Assembly (NCBI RefSeq): GCF_006345805.1
Contig: NC_042997.1
Span: forward strand, 202,802,001 to 202,866,000
Source: Octopus sinensis
Taxonomy: Eukaryota
Direction of reading: 5' to 3'
DNA length: 64,000 bases
The notes beneath the pieces are model-generated. The model was not told the origin of the DNA. It was given only the letters and a program-made list of their open reading frames with translations, and did no database searches. Below are positions 27,091-39,531 of this stretch, one piece after another. Numbering within the stretch: the first letter of the stretch is position 1; the number at the start of each line of letters is the position of its first letter. The translations under genes were made by a program, and so were the position numbers.

Positions 27091-27277
27091 ATCTCCTTTT
27101 AAGGAGAACACTGCTCACCTGGATATACTGGGAAGGTTCTAGATAAGATGCACTAAAAATTGTCTATCCTTTCTCTGCTGGTTAGTTTTCTGCAGCTAAC
27201 AGTGGTTCAATTTAGCAGGAATTAACAAAGAATTGATATAAACAATGATAACCCGAGCTCAGAACACACGTACACAC

Positions 27278-28080
27278 ATCATCATCATCATCGTTTAACG
27301 TCCGCTTTCCATGCTAGCATGGGTTGGACGGTTCAACTGGGGTCTGGGGAGCCCGAAGGCTGCACCAGGCCAGTCAGATCTGGCAGTGTTTCTACAGCTG
27401 GATGCCCTTCCTAACGCCAACCACTCCGAGAGTGTAGTGGGTGATTTTATGTGCCACCGACACAGGTGCCAGACGAGGCTGGCAAACGGCCACGCTCGGA
27501 TGGTGTTTTTATGTGCCACCGACACAGGTGCCAGACGAGGCTGGCAGACGGCCACGCTCGGACGGTGTTTGTTACGTGCCTACAGCACGGAGGCCAGTCG
27601 ATGCGGTACTGGCTACGGTCCCGTTCGGATGGTTTTCTTATGTGCCACCGGCACTGGTACCACAAGGATACAAATTCCATTGATGTTCATCTATTTTGAT
27701 TTGGTTTGACTTGATTCGATTTGACTTTGATTTGACTTGCCTCAACAGGTCTTCACAAGTGTCACAAGCAGGAAGGTATGCACAGGCGGACTGACTACAT
27801 CCCAGGTAGGGGCCACGGGTTATGGCTTCACTAGTCTTGCCGGGTCTTCTCACGCACAGCATACTTCCATAGGTCTCGGTCTCTGGTCATTTCCATGGTG
27901 AGACCTAATGTTCGAAGGTCGTGCTTCACCACCTCGTCCAAGGTTTTCCTGGGTCTACCTCTTCCATGGGTTCCCTCAACTGCTAGGGATTGGCACTTTC
28001 CCACACACCTATCTTCATCCATTCTCGCCACATGACCATACCATCGCAATCGTCTCTCTTGCACGCAACAACTGATGCTG
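27278..28080 (-). mobile_element. RTE-clade LINE: ORF C-terminus plus full 3'UTR (parent of family D)
   Basis: ERRLRWYGHVARMDEDR...GRGRPRKT...KHDLR...RDRDLWK, then a UTR with ~62-bp tandem units and a (GAT)n tail. Confidence 0.9.
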
Positions 28081-28390
28081 TACATATTTAAAAAAAAAAA
28101 AAATATATATATATATTTAAAATTTGAAATTTTTACAATTTAAAAATGTTTTTTTTTTATAAAAATAAATACATAGATAAATAAATTCACAATCAAAAAT
28201 ATAAAATAAAATAGATACAAATATATATAAATATATAAAAAAGATATTAAAAAAGATAAAAAAACTAAAAAGATATATAAATATATTTACAAATACACTC
28301 ACACACACACACACCCATGTTCACATAATGTTGGATGGCCATTGACTACACATGAGTTCTTCCACCCTTTGGTGCATATACATACATATA

Positions 28391-28960
28391 CAGGGTGTTC
28401 AGACTAAGGGCTAAATTTGACAGTTTGTGTCAAAGGAAAAGAAAACACAATATCCTAACCAAAAATTAAATTATTTTTAAAGAATGAAAATGTATCAACT
28501 AGATTATGGCTTGGAGATAACAATTTACTCAAAGGAGCTGTCCTCCACTTCCACCACACCCTCAAGATGGCTCCAGAGCCTGGTGCATGCAATCCTCACT
28601 TTTTGTCTGGAAAGATCTTAGAACAACTTCTTGATCTTGGCCACTAGCTCAGCCTTTAAGATGCAGGCAGAGCAGTTGTGTCTTTCTCAACTGTACCCTA
28701 CATGTAGTAAGCCACGCAATTACAAATGGGGGAATTAGGAGGTCAATAATTGGGACTGGTGAAGTTGTAGAAATTCTCTGACAACCACTTCTGACACTTC
28801 CTGGAGGTATGGCAAGAAGATGAATCCTGCTGCCACACGCATGACCTCTCCAGCCAGGGAGTGACCAAGTCTCCAGCAGCTTCAGATAAGGTCCTGTTTA
28901 TCAGTTGTTGGATGAATTTCAGCATGTGAACATGATCAGAACTCCTGCTGTGTCCCTTCA
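28391..28960 (-). mobile_element. Tc1/mariner-superfamily remnant
   Basis: VWQQDSSSCHTSRKCQKWLSENFYNFTSPNY; TA-CAGGGTGTT terminus. Confidence 0.8.
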
Positions 28961-29999
28961 ATTGTGGCTTTTATTCCTGGACCAGGTGAGTCCTTATGTA
29001 AAATACTTCATTTCATGTTATTCCACTCTACTCAGCTGAGAATGGGTACCAGCTGAGAGCTGATACAGCTCTCCCACACTCCATCTGTCACATCCTGAAT
29101 GTGATATTTGGTCAAAGAGTGGGCAAGTCAAAATTATTTCTATGTGCTTATAACACCTAAAATATGTGAAAACATGGTACATGTAATCAAACCATACTCA
29201 TTCATGAGTAATGACTGGCTCTTTGTATGACTCAACAACCTCAGTTAGTTTGAATTTTCTACAAGGTATTTTCTTTGCTGCTCTGTTATGAGAAGCATCA
29301 ACACTATTTGATAAAAACTAAATAGAATAGAATATAATTTTAAGGCAAACAGCTGGTAGCATGCTTTGTTTTTTCAAAATCTATGTAGAAGAAATTCTTC
29401 AAAATGTCTCCAAAATAATTTACCATATAGTTATAATCTTAATCTGGTTATGTTAGATTCAGGTATTGTCCAGTCTACAGTATTTATTAATAGCTGATGT
29501 AGTTTTTTTCCTCCTACACAAGAGTAATGTATTAATCATACAGAAGTTCTACTCCAAGCAACAAGCCTTGTCACCAGAGTCCTCTTTAGCTTTTATGATG
29601 TGAAGCTTCTAAGAAATTTAGGTGTGTTGCTGAGAGAATTAATTGGCCCATCACCACTTCAATGACTCAACAGAACAGCTGAGAAAATTATTGATATGTT
29701 CTTTATAATTTTTATTTTCATTTGTATTTATCCTATGAGGACATAGAATGTCTACATTTGGTGTAAAGCTTTCATGAAAACAATATTTTATTATTATCTA
29801 CAAAAGTGGTGCAAGTTTATTATACAAGACTTTATTTATTTAGCAATATGCCATGATTTCCAGCTAAAATTTCCTTTTTGCTTTTTAGCATTAACTATAT
29901 TTGATGTTTGTGGCTAATACATTAAGATAACAATGTCACTTATCTATAACTAAAGCAGTCAACCTCTTAATAGAGAAGGCCCTTCTTTTACTGATATTA

Positions 30000-30170
30000 G
30001 GCGTGGGCATGGCTGTGTGGTTAGGGAGCTTGCTTTTTAGCTACATGGTTTCGGGTTCAGTCCCACTGCGTGGCACTTTGGGTAGGTGTCTTCCACTATA
30101 GCCCCGAGCCGACCGGAGCTTTGTGATTGAATTCGGCAGGCGGAAGTTACTGCCGTGTGTGTATATGTGC
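30000..30170 (+). mobile_element. SINE family A, 5' half
   Basis: A/B-box head present. Confidence 0.8.
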
Positions 30171-30440
30171 GTGTAGGTGCTTGTGCTCTCTCCAAAAGAG
30201 AGAGAGAGGGATATATATAATGAAAGCAAAGATTTCACTGATATTTTAAATTTAATTTAAGTTCTGCTATTGTTACTACAATTAAAATACAAGCATCATT
30301 ACTCATATCCACATGTAATTGATATTTGAAAATACATAATTAACTCCTTTTGAATGAGATGAATAAACTGTTTCATCAGGAAATATAACTTGTTCTTAAA
30401 TTCCATGGATATATATATATATATGTATGTGTGTGTTTGT

Positions 30441-30472
<32 letters not shown>

Positions 30473-30534
30473 TTAAGCCTTATATGTGTGTGTGTATATG
30501 TATATGTATATGTATAAGTATATATGTATATATT

Positions 30535-30591
<57 letters not shown>

Positions 30592-30848
30592 ACCTATGGT
30601 GCTTAAACACATACCTGTACATACACATATCTATCTATGACAGGCTTTTTTCAGTTTCCTTCTACCAAATCAACTCATAAGGTTTTGGCTGGCCCAAGGC
30701 AGTAGTGTAATGCAGTTGCCCATGGTACTATATGTTAGGACTGAACCCTAAACCTTGTAGTTCAGAAAACCAGCGCACTTCAATCAAAATCATCTGCAAG
30801 AACAAAGCCTTTTGCACTAAACCACAGCTGTTCCTTTCAAATTCTTAC

Positions 30849-30928
30849 CTTTAGAAAGCTGTGAAGCTGTGATTGGCCCATTGTAAATCTATAACCAATA
30901 ATACTCTTGATCTACAGATCACAAATTC
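30849..30928 (-). other. Candidate exon with strong splice sites; possible start MGQSQLHSFLK (30881-30849)
   Basis: Acceptor ttcttttcaatttatgtag, donor AAG|gtaaga, ACAATGG start context; upstream GTGAGT donor at 30994 gives a 66-nt intron. Confidence 0.3.
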
Positions 30929-31490
30929 CTACATAAATTGAAAAGAACAAAGCATGTCACTACTGAAGAAGACGGCAGTAACATGATAACTCACAAACGA
31001 GGAGTTATGCATTTACAAACAACATGACTCTATTTGTTTAATCTTTGAAAATCCTCCCCTGTTGTCAAACAGCCTCCTTCATGGCATCTTGGAAACATAT
31101 GTACATGTTGCACCAATGTTTTCATTTCCACTGAGAGTTTTAAAATAATGTAATATCTATCTCCATAGTCTATCTGCTTCTGAAACTTGGATGTGTTTCA
31201 AGATTTTGTTTTTTAAAAAGAGAAAAGAAATTATTTCTTATTCTCTTTTATATCTTTGATTTGATTTTTATGTTATGAAATTTTATGATTTCTGACTAAA
31301 ATAGAACCACATGCACAGCAATTGCTGCAACAATTATCATATGCAAAACTGCATGGGTGAATACATGTATATATGTGTATGTATATGTATCTATGTATCA
31401 TCATCATCATCATCATTTAACATCCATCTTCCATACTGGCATGAACTGGATGGTTCAACAGGGTCCAATGAGTTAGAGGACTGTATGATG

Positions 31491-31525
<35 letters not shown>

Positions 31526-31528
<3 letters not shown>

Positions 31529-31954
31529 TGGGGCTAAAAGCATCAGTAACACCCCACCCCCAGTGGCTAACCACATTCAGATGGCTAGTACACCTTACGT
31601 TGTCGAGCGGTTACTGTTTATATCTCGTTCAGAGATTTATTATTGCTTTCAGACAGTTTTTCTAAATCAGTGACAGTGGTTGCTGTGAAAAACGTTAAAT
31701 ATTATTTGCAAGGGGTCTCCTTCATCGAAAACCGGTGCTTACCATGCGTTGACGAGAGGCAATTACCTTGAAACTATAGTCCGTATGTAGTACTTGGGTT
31801 TTCGAGGGAGGATGATCTCCCTTTGCAAATAACACAAGGGCACTGAGATTGTGTCTAAAGTCCATCTGGTGACGTTGATCGCCTGGGGCTAAAAGCATCA
31901 GTAACACCCCACCCCCAGTGGCTAGCCACATTCAGATGGCTAGTACACCTTACG

Positions 31955-31956
<2 letters not shown>
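31526..31956 (+). mobile_element. Retrozyme-like element: 355-nt unit with 76-nt terminal direct repeats, inserted in (TA)n
   Basis: 31526-31601 and 31881-31956 differ by one base; central hammerhead in a long hairpin; no convincing coding ORF. Confidence 0.8.
31743..31787 (+). ncRNA. Type-I hammerhead ribozyme motif (U3-G8 core), predicted cleavage after C31781
   Basis: CAUGCG-UUGACGA-GAGG(caauua)CCUU-GAAA-CUAUAG-UC-CGUAUG; palindromic ACUAUAGU stem III; GUC site. Confidence 0.8.
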
Positions 31957-32003
<47 letters not shown>

Positions 32004-34130
32004 TGAAAATGTCTATTAGAAGAGGATCAGAAAAACTTTAAACCAAATTCCCATTTTTTTACTATTTTTGTTTCACACTTGTTTCAGTATGACTTGTTGA
32101 CCACCACTAAAATTAATGAACTTTGCACATTCAAACAAATTGATATACAGTTTTAATTTTATTGACTGCTATGAACACCTTCTGTTTTGAACATGTCAAT
32201 TTATCAACATTGAAACATTTTAATTTGTCAACATTGAAACATTTTAGTTTGTAAACATTGAAGCTTTTAAAGGTGTTTTTCTAATTTGAAACTTTTACCA
32301 TTGATAAACAAAAAAATACTGTTGAAACTAGTTTGGTATATATGTAAATAAATGTATGTAACATTTACGAGTTTTTGAAATTTAGGTGCATTTTCAACAA
32401 CACATTTTCTTATATATATATATGTGTGTGTGTGTGTTAAAAGAAAAAAAAAAGGGATTACAAAATCAAGGCACTCAGTTTTAAACAAATTTGGTTAACT
32501 ATATCAAACAACCAGAGACCAATAAATGCAAGTAGAATACATATCCAAGGTAATTCTTCATGTATGACATGTAGATCCAAATACTGCTTAGAAGAATTTT
32601 GGAAAATTGAGAGTATTAGGCAACAAAAATAAGTATGGAATAAATTACATTTTTAATTGTAGAATTCACCTTACAAAGCCAACAACTGTTTTTATTGTGT
32701 TAACATATTTAGATATAGAAAATATCATTGAAATTAATGTTTCTGAAAATACATGTTAACACAATGTTTTCAAGGTGATCCAAAACTAGTTAAATTCAAG
32801 ACAAACTAAGGAAATATCCCCAACACATTTTTGCATATAAAAAAAAATTCTAAGAAGAAATATAATCTAAAAAAATCTGTTTTTGTATTCATGTGAACAT
32901 CAGCAAATAATAAAGAAATGAAAAATAAACATAGTAATTCTACATTATGACAATTAGAAACATAGGGATTTTACGTCACAATTATTAGTTATCTATTTAT
33001 TAAATATAGTGAACATTTTTAGAAGTATTATGTTTATTATATAACATATGAAAAGCAATTATAATTAAGAATAGAAATATTTAAATGTCTTTCAAATTTT
33101 GTGCCAACATTTCATAGTAAAGTTCCTATTAAAGTTTAATCAAATTAATTTAGAGGTAATTATATAATACATTTCTTTAAGGCAAAGGCCACATGTAGAA
33201 TTGCCAATATTGTACGATGGTGCATAACTAATAATGGACCACTTTAAATCATACTTGATGTTTTTATCTTTTAAATCCAAATGAATTTACAAAAATTTGT
33301 AGAATCAGCATTTATTCTATATTTAAATGAATGAGAATGATTATGAAATCTAGACTTCCAAATTGTAGCAGATGAACCTATGTAAACATACTAATGATTC
33401 TCTACTGACAATATTTTTCCTTAAATGCTGATTTCTTAAAGGGCAGACAATTTTGTTTTTACAATTACACAGGGATTTATTCACTTGCCTTGGTACTCAT
33501 GGTTAAAAGAATTCCTATCAGTCCTCTCATAATTAGGTGTTAAGGCAGGATTATTATTATTGTTATTATTAATATTATGACTAGGTGTTAACTGTATTAT
33601 TACAGTCAGAATTACTTTTACTTAAAGAATCAAAATGCAGTTTAGGAAAATTATCATTAGAGTTAATTTCAAAATACACATTATCGATTTTATTCCTGTT
33701 TATAGATTTTGAGTTGAGATATTCCCTAATTCTTTGTTTATTGTGTACTGCTATAATCTCTGCTAAATTTCTAGTGGTTAATACAAAAAGTTTATACTAT
33801 GGCAATTAAATAATTTCTCATATTTACTTGAAGGCAGGAAATACTTATCAAGGTGGCAAGAATAGTGCTTGAATACCAAATGTAGAGTAATATGTTTCTT
33901 ATTAAAATATGATTACAACTCAGACATTTCCGGTTTTAACAAAAAAAAGTACACACACACACACGCGCAGGCATGCACACCTTCACACACATACATGCAT
34001 ATATATAAGATGGAAACATTAAAGACTATCCCATTCTTCCTGAGTGTCAATCTAATACACCTGCTTGTTGTTTCCTCACCTGCCTTTGTCTGTTGTTTTC
34101 TGTACATTTGAACTATATATATATATATAT

Positions 34131-34510
34131 AGGGGAGAGTTCACAAAAAACAAAAGCTGAAGACAAGTAGTATAGAAAACAAACAGATGTATTAGTATAA
34201 TGCTCAGGAATTGAAAAAGTCTTTTACGTTTCGAGCATACGCTCTTCTACAGAAAAGGACACAGAAAAAACAAGGAGAGAAACAAGGAGAGAAAAATATG
34301 TGTGTAGTGGCTACCGATCTATCATGGTAACTGTCGGACAGAAGGGTCACACAGGAGAGCGAAGAAGTAGGGGAGATAACAAAGTAAAGATGACCCCCCC
34401 AAAAAAACGAAGGTGCATGTGTGTATAAGAGAGTATGTATGTGCGTGTAAAAGAGGGCTGGTGGTCTTGACGTGTGCGTGTGTGTATGTGTAGGTGTGAA
34501 AATGTGGGGA
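34131..34510 (-). mobile_element. Penelope-type pLTR remnant with hammerhead-like motif at 34219-34260
   Basis: UUU-CUGUAGA-A-GAGC(guau)GCUC-GAAA-CG-UA-AAAG; between (TA)n tracts. Confidence 0.5.
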
Positions 34511-34554
<44 letters not shown>

Positions 34555-35071
34555 TATATATGCTCCAGCATGGCCTCAGGGCTGAAATATATAAAAGAAT
34601 AAGAAAATATATATGTACATATGCTTTTTGGTATTTTTTGGTATTTGGTATTTGGTATTTTTATATAAGCTTATGGTGATTACCTTGCAATGACTATAGA
34701 AAATAGTCTAATAGCGGGCATTATAAGTCCTTGACAGAAAAACGAAGGCTTTCCTATCTGCATGGGACTCAAATTCACATTCCTTTGTTAATGTGACTAA
34801 GTGTGTTACCTTTACACCAGCGAATGAGCTTCCTTCTTTCTGTCAAATTTAAGAACTATATTAGTTTGTATTTGTTTATATATATATATATACATACATA
34901 CATACATACATATATATGTGTGTGTGCATGTACATAGAAATATGCATATATATGTGTATGTGAAGGAGCAGGTGTGGATGTTTGGCACTTGGGCAAGTGA
35001 CTTTTGCTATAGCTCTACACCAACAAAGGCCTTTTGTGTGAGTTTGGTTGTTGTTGAAGCCTGAAAAAACT

Positions 35072-35103
<32 letters not shown>

Positions 35104-35107
<4 letters not shown>

Positions 35108-35372
35108 TACAGTTCTATATTTAAGAGATGAGGAATTATGTACACTATTTACATTATTTACATTTGACGGATATTTGTCCTCATCTTTTTTGTTGTTAAC
35201 ACAATGTTTTGGCTGATATACCATCCAGCCTTCATCAGGTGTCTTGGGGAAATTTCAAACCTGGGTTCTCATTCCTAAGGTATTTTTCAATGTTGTTGTT
35301 ATTATTATTATTATCATTATTCAGGTCACTGCCTAGAATCAAGTTTCCAGGTAGTGATTTCAGGCAGTGAAG

Positions 35373-35425
<53 letters not shown>

Positions 35426-35537
35426 AACCCAGGTTTGAAATTTCCCCAAGACAACTGATGAAGGCTGGATGGTATATCAGCGGAAATGTTGTGTTAACAA
35501 CAAACAAGATGAGGATGAATATCCGTCAAATGTAAAT
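35104..35537. mobile_element. Penelope-type inverted pLTR pair, a hammerhead motif in each arm (35198-35243 -, 35450-35495 +)
   Basis: Arms 35156-35273 and 35420-35537 are inverted. Inferred consensus GACAC-CUGAUGA-A-GGCUG..CAGCC-GAAA-CGUU-GUGUU. Confidence 0.75.
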
Positions 35538-35550
35538 ATTATTAATAATG

Positions 35551-35583
<33 letters not shown>

Positions 35584-35630
35584 CATATTTATAACAAAGT
35601 GAAGTTGTAAGGTGCCGCACAAGTGGAAAT

Positions 35631-36022
35631 ATATATGAAAGAAGGTTTTAAAATGCAATTTTAAAAGGTGTTTACTCACTTGACTGGTTTCACATTTTTA
35701 GAAAAAGATTGTCAAAAGTAAAATGTAAAAGCTTTGTAAAAACTTTTTTGTGTTAAGTACTGGTTGTCACAAAATATTACAATACATATATACATTCTTT
35801 GATAATAATAAGAAAGTGTTAAAAACAGTTTTTAACATTTTTTTATTATTATCAAAGAATGTATATATGTATTGTAATACTTTTGTGATAACCAGTACTT
35901 AACACAACAAAACTTTTACAAAGCTTTACATTTTACTTTTGACAATCTTTTTCTAGAAAAGTGAAACCAGTCAACTGAATAAACATCTTTAAAATTGCAT
36001 TTTCAAACCTTCTTTCATATAT
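35631..36022. repeat. ~390-bp imperfect palindrome (centre ~35827) with degenerate hammerhead-like motif
   Basis: Arms are reverse complements with almost no loop; UUGACAA...GAAACCAGUC at 35932-35979. Confidence 0.85.
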
Positions 36023-36048
36023 ATATATATATATATACAGGCGTAGGA

Positions 36049-36520
36049 GTGGCTGTGTGGTAAGTAGCTTTTTTACCAACCAACCAACCAACCAACCAAC
36101 CAACCACATGGTTCTGGGTTCAGTCACACTGCATGGCACCTTGGCCAAGTCTCTTCTTCTTTAGCCTTGGGCTCACCAAAGCCATCTGAGGGGATTTGGT
36201 AGACGCAAACTAAAAGAAGCCTGTCGTATATATATGTGTGTGTATGTGTGTGTGTGTGTGTGTGTGGTGTGTGTGTGTGGTGTGTGTGTGTGTGTGTGTG
36301 TGTATATGTTTGTATTTCTGTGTTTGTTCCCCCATCATCGCTTGACAACTGATGCCGCTGTGTTTACGTCCCTGTAACTTAGCAGTTCAGCAAAAGAGAC
36401 CAATAGAATAAGTACTCGGCTTACAAAGAATAAGTCCTGGGGTTGATTTGCTCGACTAAAGGTGGTGCTCTAGCATGGCCACAGTCAAATGACTGAAACA
36501 AATAGAAGAATAAAAGAATA
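36049..36520 (+). mobile_element. SINE family A, full length
   Basis: Head, internal (TG)n, tail AAGAATAAAAGAATA; (CAAC)n expansion in the head. Confidence 0.9.
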
Positions 36521-36676
36521 TAGATATATATATGTAATGAAAGCACATACTAAGTATATCTACCTGTTGGAAAACAGTCAAAACTCTTATTTAAATTGCC
36601 AAAATACACTGATAATAACCATCTGAAGGCAAACGGGCTAAGACAATCTCCCAGCATACATTCAAGTATTTGGACT

Positions 36677-36729
36677 CACATGGACTGGTTTCTGGACTGG
36701 CATAATAGTCTCACCTTCCTCAGCACACG
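36677..36729 (-). ncRNA. Type-I hammerhead motif (CUGAGGA core)
   Basis: CGUGUG-CUGAGGA-agguga-GACU(auuaugcc)AGUC-ca-GAAA-CCAG-UC-CAUGUG; wobble-rich stem I; ACCAGU is one change from the palindrome ACCGGU. Confidence 0.55.
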
Positions 36730-36889
36730 TTATCATGATGGAGAGCCCCAACCCATCGCAGTGATTTGGATTTGACGCAAAATGAATCTGTTATATATAT
36801 ATATATACACACACACAAAATACATATATATATATACACACAAAATACATATATATATATACACACACATAATACATACATATATATAT

Positions 36890-37100
36890 AAAATGTGACC
36901 TCGTGTGTACCGTTGGTGATTTTTTTTCCTCTGTCTTCCCTTCTCTGGATCTTTCCTTCTCCTATGTTTCCGACAAAGAGCTCCGCTCGAAACATTAAAT
37001 CCTCCTTCTTTCCTTCTTTCCTGAGCGTCCAATAATGCTATATTTGTTCCACGTCCTCATGTTGTTGTGTTTTTTGTGCTTTCTTGTTTGGATTAACTAT
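36890..37100 (+). mobile_element. Penelope-type pLTR remnant with decayed hammerhead (36966-37000)
   Basis: GUUU-CCGACAA-A-GAGC(ucc)GCUC-GAAA-CAUU-AAAU; same layout as the 34.2-kb motif; (TA)n flanks. Confidence 0.45.
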
Positions 37101-37633
37101 ATATAAATATATTTATACGTGTGAGAGTGTATGTATGTCTCCATGTCTTGACATCACAACAGTTGTAAATGAATGTCACTGTCATACAGGCAGTGTCATT
37201 TATTTTCAGTATCCCACAACAGCATAACTGGCCTTGGGGAAATATTACCTTGCTTGGAAACAAACAACGGTCAGCAAAGGAAGGGTATTTGACCGTAGAA
37301 AATCTGCCTCAAATAGATTCTGTCTGATCCCTGAAAGCATGGAAACGTGGAAGTTAAACTCTGCAGAGTAGTTGGTGTTAGGAAGGCTGTTCAGTCGTAA
37401 AAACCCTGCCAAAACAGACACAGTAGCCTAGGATAGTTTTCTACCTGGCTGGCTCCTGTCAACCATCCTATCCATGCATGGAAGACAGATGTTAAATGAT
37501 GATGATGATGATGATGATATACTCACACACACACATACACACACAAGCATGCATGTACATACTACATATGTACACATATACATGTGAGTGTATGTATGTG
37601 TATGTACATATCTATCTATCTTTATATATGAAA

Positions 37634-38037
37634 GCAAGAGTGGCTGTGTGGTAAGTAGCTTGCTAACCAACCACATGGTTCCGGGTTCAGTCCCACTGCG
37701 TGGCATCTTGGGCAAGTGTCTTCTGCTATAGCCCCGGGCCGACCAATGCCTTGTGAGAGGATTTGGTAGACAGAAACTGAAAGAAGCCTGTCGTATATAT
37801 GTATATATATATGTGTGTGTATGTTTGTGTGTCTGTGTTTGTCCCACTAGCATTGCTTGACAACCGATGCTGGTGTGCTTACGTCCCCGTCACTTAGCGG
37901 TTCGGCAAAAGAGACCGATAAAATAAGTACTGGGCTTACAAAGAATAAGTCCCGGGGTTGATTTGCTCGACTAAAGGCGGTGCTCCAGCATGGCCGCAGT
38001 CAAATGACTGAAACAGGTGAAAGAGTAAAAGAGAGAG
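37634..38037 (+). mobile_element. SINE family A, full-length young copy
   Basis: TGGCTGTGTGGTAAG / GGTTCAGTCCC boxes, CpG retained, AAAGAGT-repeat tail. Confidence 0.9.
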
Positions 38038-38734
38038 TAAACCACAAAAAGGATGAAGCCAATACAGAAGGGACATATTTTAACAAATGTTGTATTAGTT
38101 TAACACTTAAAAAGAAAGGGAAGAGTTGATGTTTCAGACACTAGTCCATCAGACACTAGTACATAAGGAATACATAAGAAAAGAGCTAATTACAAGATCC
38201 TAACTAAAGATCTCAAATTAATAACACAGGCCAAATTATTAGATGCATTAAAACAGAGCAATGATTATTTAACTGGCAAGCAATAAACCATACAACATGA
38301 CAGGAAGTCGTCACTCATGTATTGGCCAGCAATAATTATTTTAACCTAAATCTCCTACTAAAGCTGATTGCTAGACGTAACAGTTTAACAGACTACTCGA
38401 TGAAATAATCCTTGATAAAGATCATTTCTCTATCACTGAATATAACTGTCTCCCATTTGAGCTAATGTGACTGTCTTGTACATGGTTCTCTGACTTGCTA
38501 AAAATAGCAACTGAATTTACTTTAAATTACACCCTATCATCTCAGAAAAGGCGATATACATTGGATAAGGTAGTCTTATATGCACTATTCCTGAAAAGAA
38601 AAGTAAAGTAGGAAGCTTGTTCTAAGTTGGAAGGCTTTTGAACACAAATTTGTTCAATCAGAGCTGACCTTGTGTTAAACAACTTGCTTATAAGTTAGTA
38701 ATAATAATAACAATAATAATAATACAAAAAAAAT

Positions 38735-39480
38735 TAAAACTGGAAACGAAGGCTCTAATCTGTACTGTCCAAGAGCAAGCATTAAGAACCATTTACATCA
38801 AGTACAGAATAGACAACACATCAAAAGGTGATAAGTGCAGAATTTGTGGACAAAATGGTGAAACCATATGGCATATTACCAGTCAATGTACGCCACAGGC
38901 CCAGAAAGAATATGAGAAGTCATGACAATATAGCAAGGATTGTCCATTGGACACTTTGCAGCAAGTATGGACATGACAGAGCAAAAAAAGTGGTATGAGC
39001 AAAAACCTGAAGGCATCATCAGAAATGATAATGCAAAGATCCTATGGGATTTTATGATTCAGTGTGACCATGGGATAGAGAATAGGAAACCAGACCTAGT
39101 GTTAATTGAGAAAGAAGCAAATGATGCTTGATCATAGATATAGCGTGCCCAGCTGACAATGAGGTATGCGATAAGGAAGAAAGAAAAGTCGAGGGATATG
39201 ACAGGTTAGCTTGGGAGGTTAAGCAGTTGTGATTGCTGCAAAAGGTGGTAGTCGTACCAATAATTGTCAGAGCCCTGGGAACAGTGAGTAAAAATCTTGA
39301 GAAGTACATGGAACAAGTAGGGGCTGCAATAAAGTGGAGCACTTGAAGAAAACAGCACTGCTTGGAACCGCTCGAATAGTCTGGATGGTGCTCGAAAAAT
39401 AAGGGGTGTTACCTTAGTTCACTGGTTGTGAACAGCTGGCACCGTAGTACATCTCCAGTATTAGAAACTGTGCAAAGACA
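38735..39480 (+). mobile_element. R4/Dong-clade retrotransposon 3' part (CCHC knuckle plus restriction-like endonuclease) in (TAA)n
   Basis: QEQALRT...CRICGQNGETIWHITSQC...ILWDF...RKPDLV...IIDIACP...LLGTARI, with frameshifts and stops; (TAA)n on both sides. Confidence 0.9.
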
Positions 39481-39492
39481 ATAAATAACAAC

Positions 39493-39531
<39 letters not shown>

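Noticed and set aside
29230-29670. Exon-like minus-strand island
   Set aside because: All frames interrupted at near-random frequency.
38120-38160. Further hammerhead-like traces (also ~6910-6955, ~9125-9180, ~30365-30385)
   Set aside because: Core or stems too degraded to support a fold.
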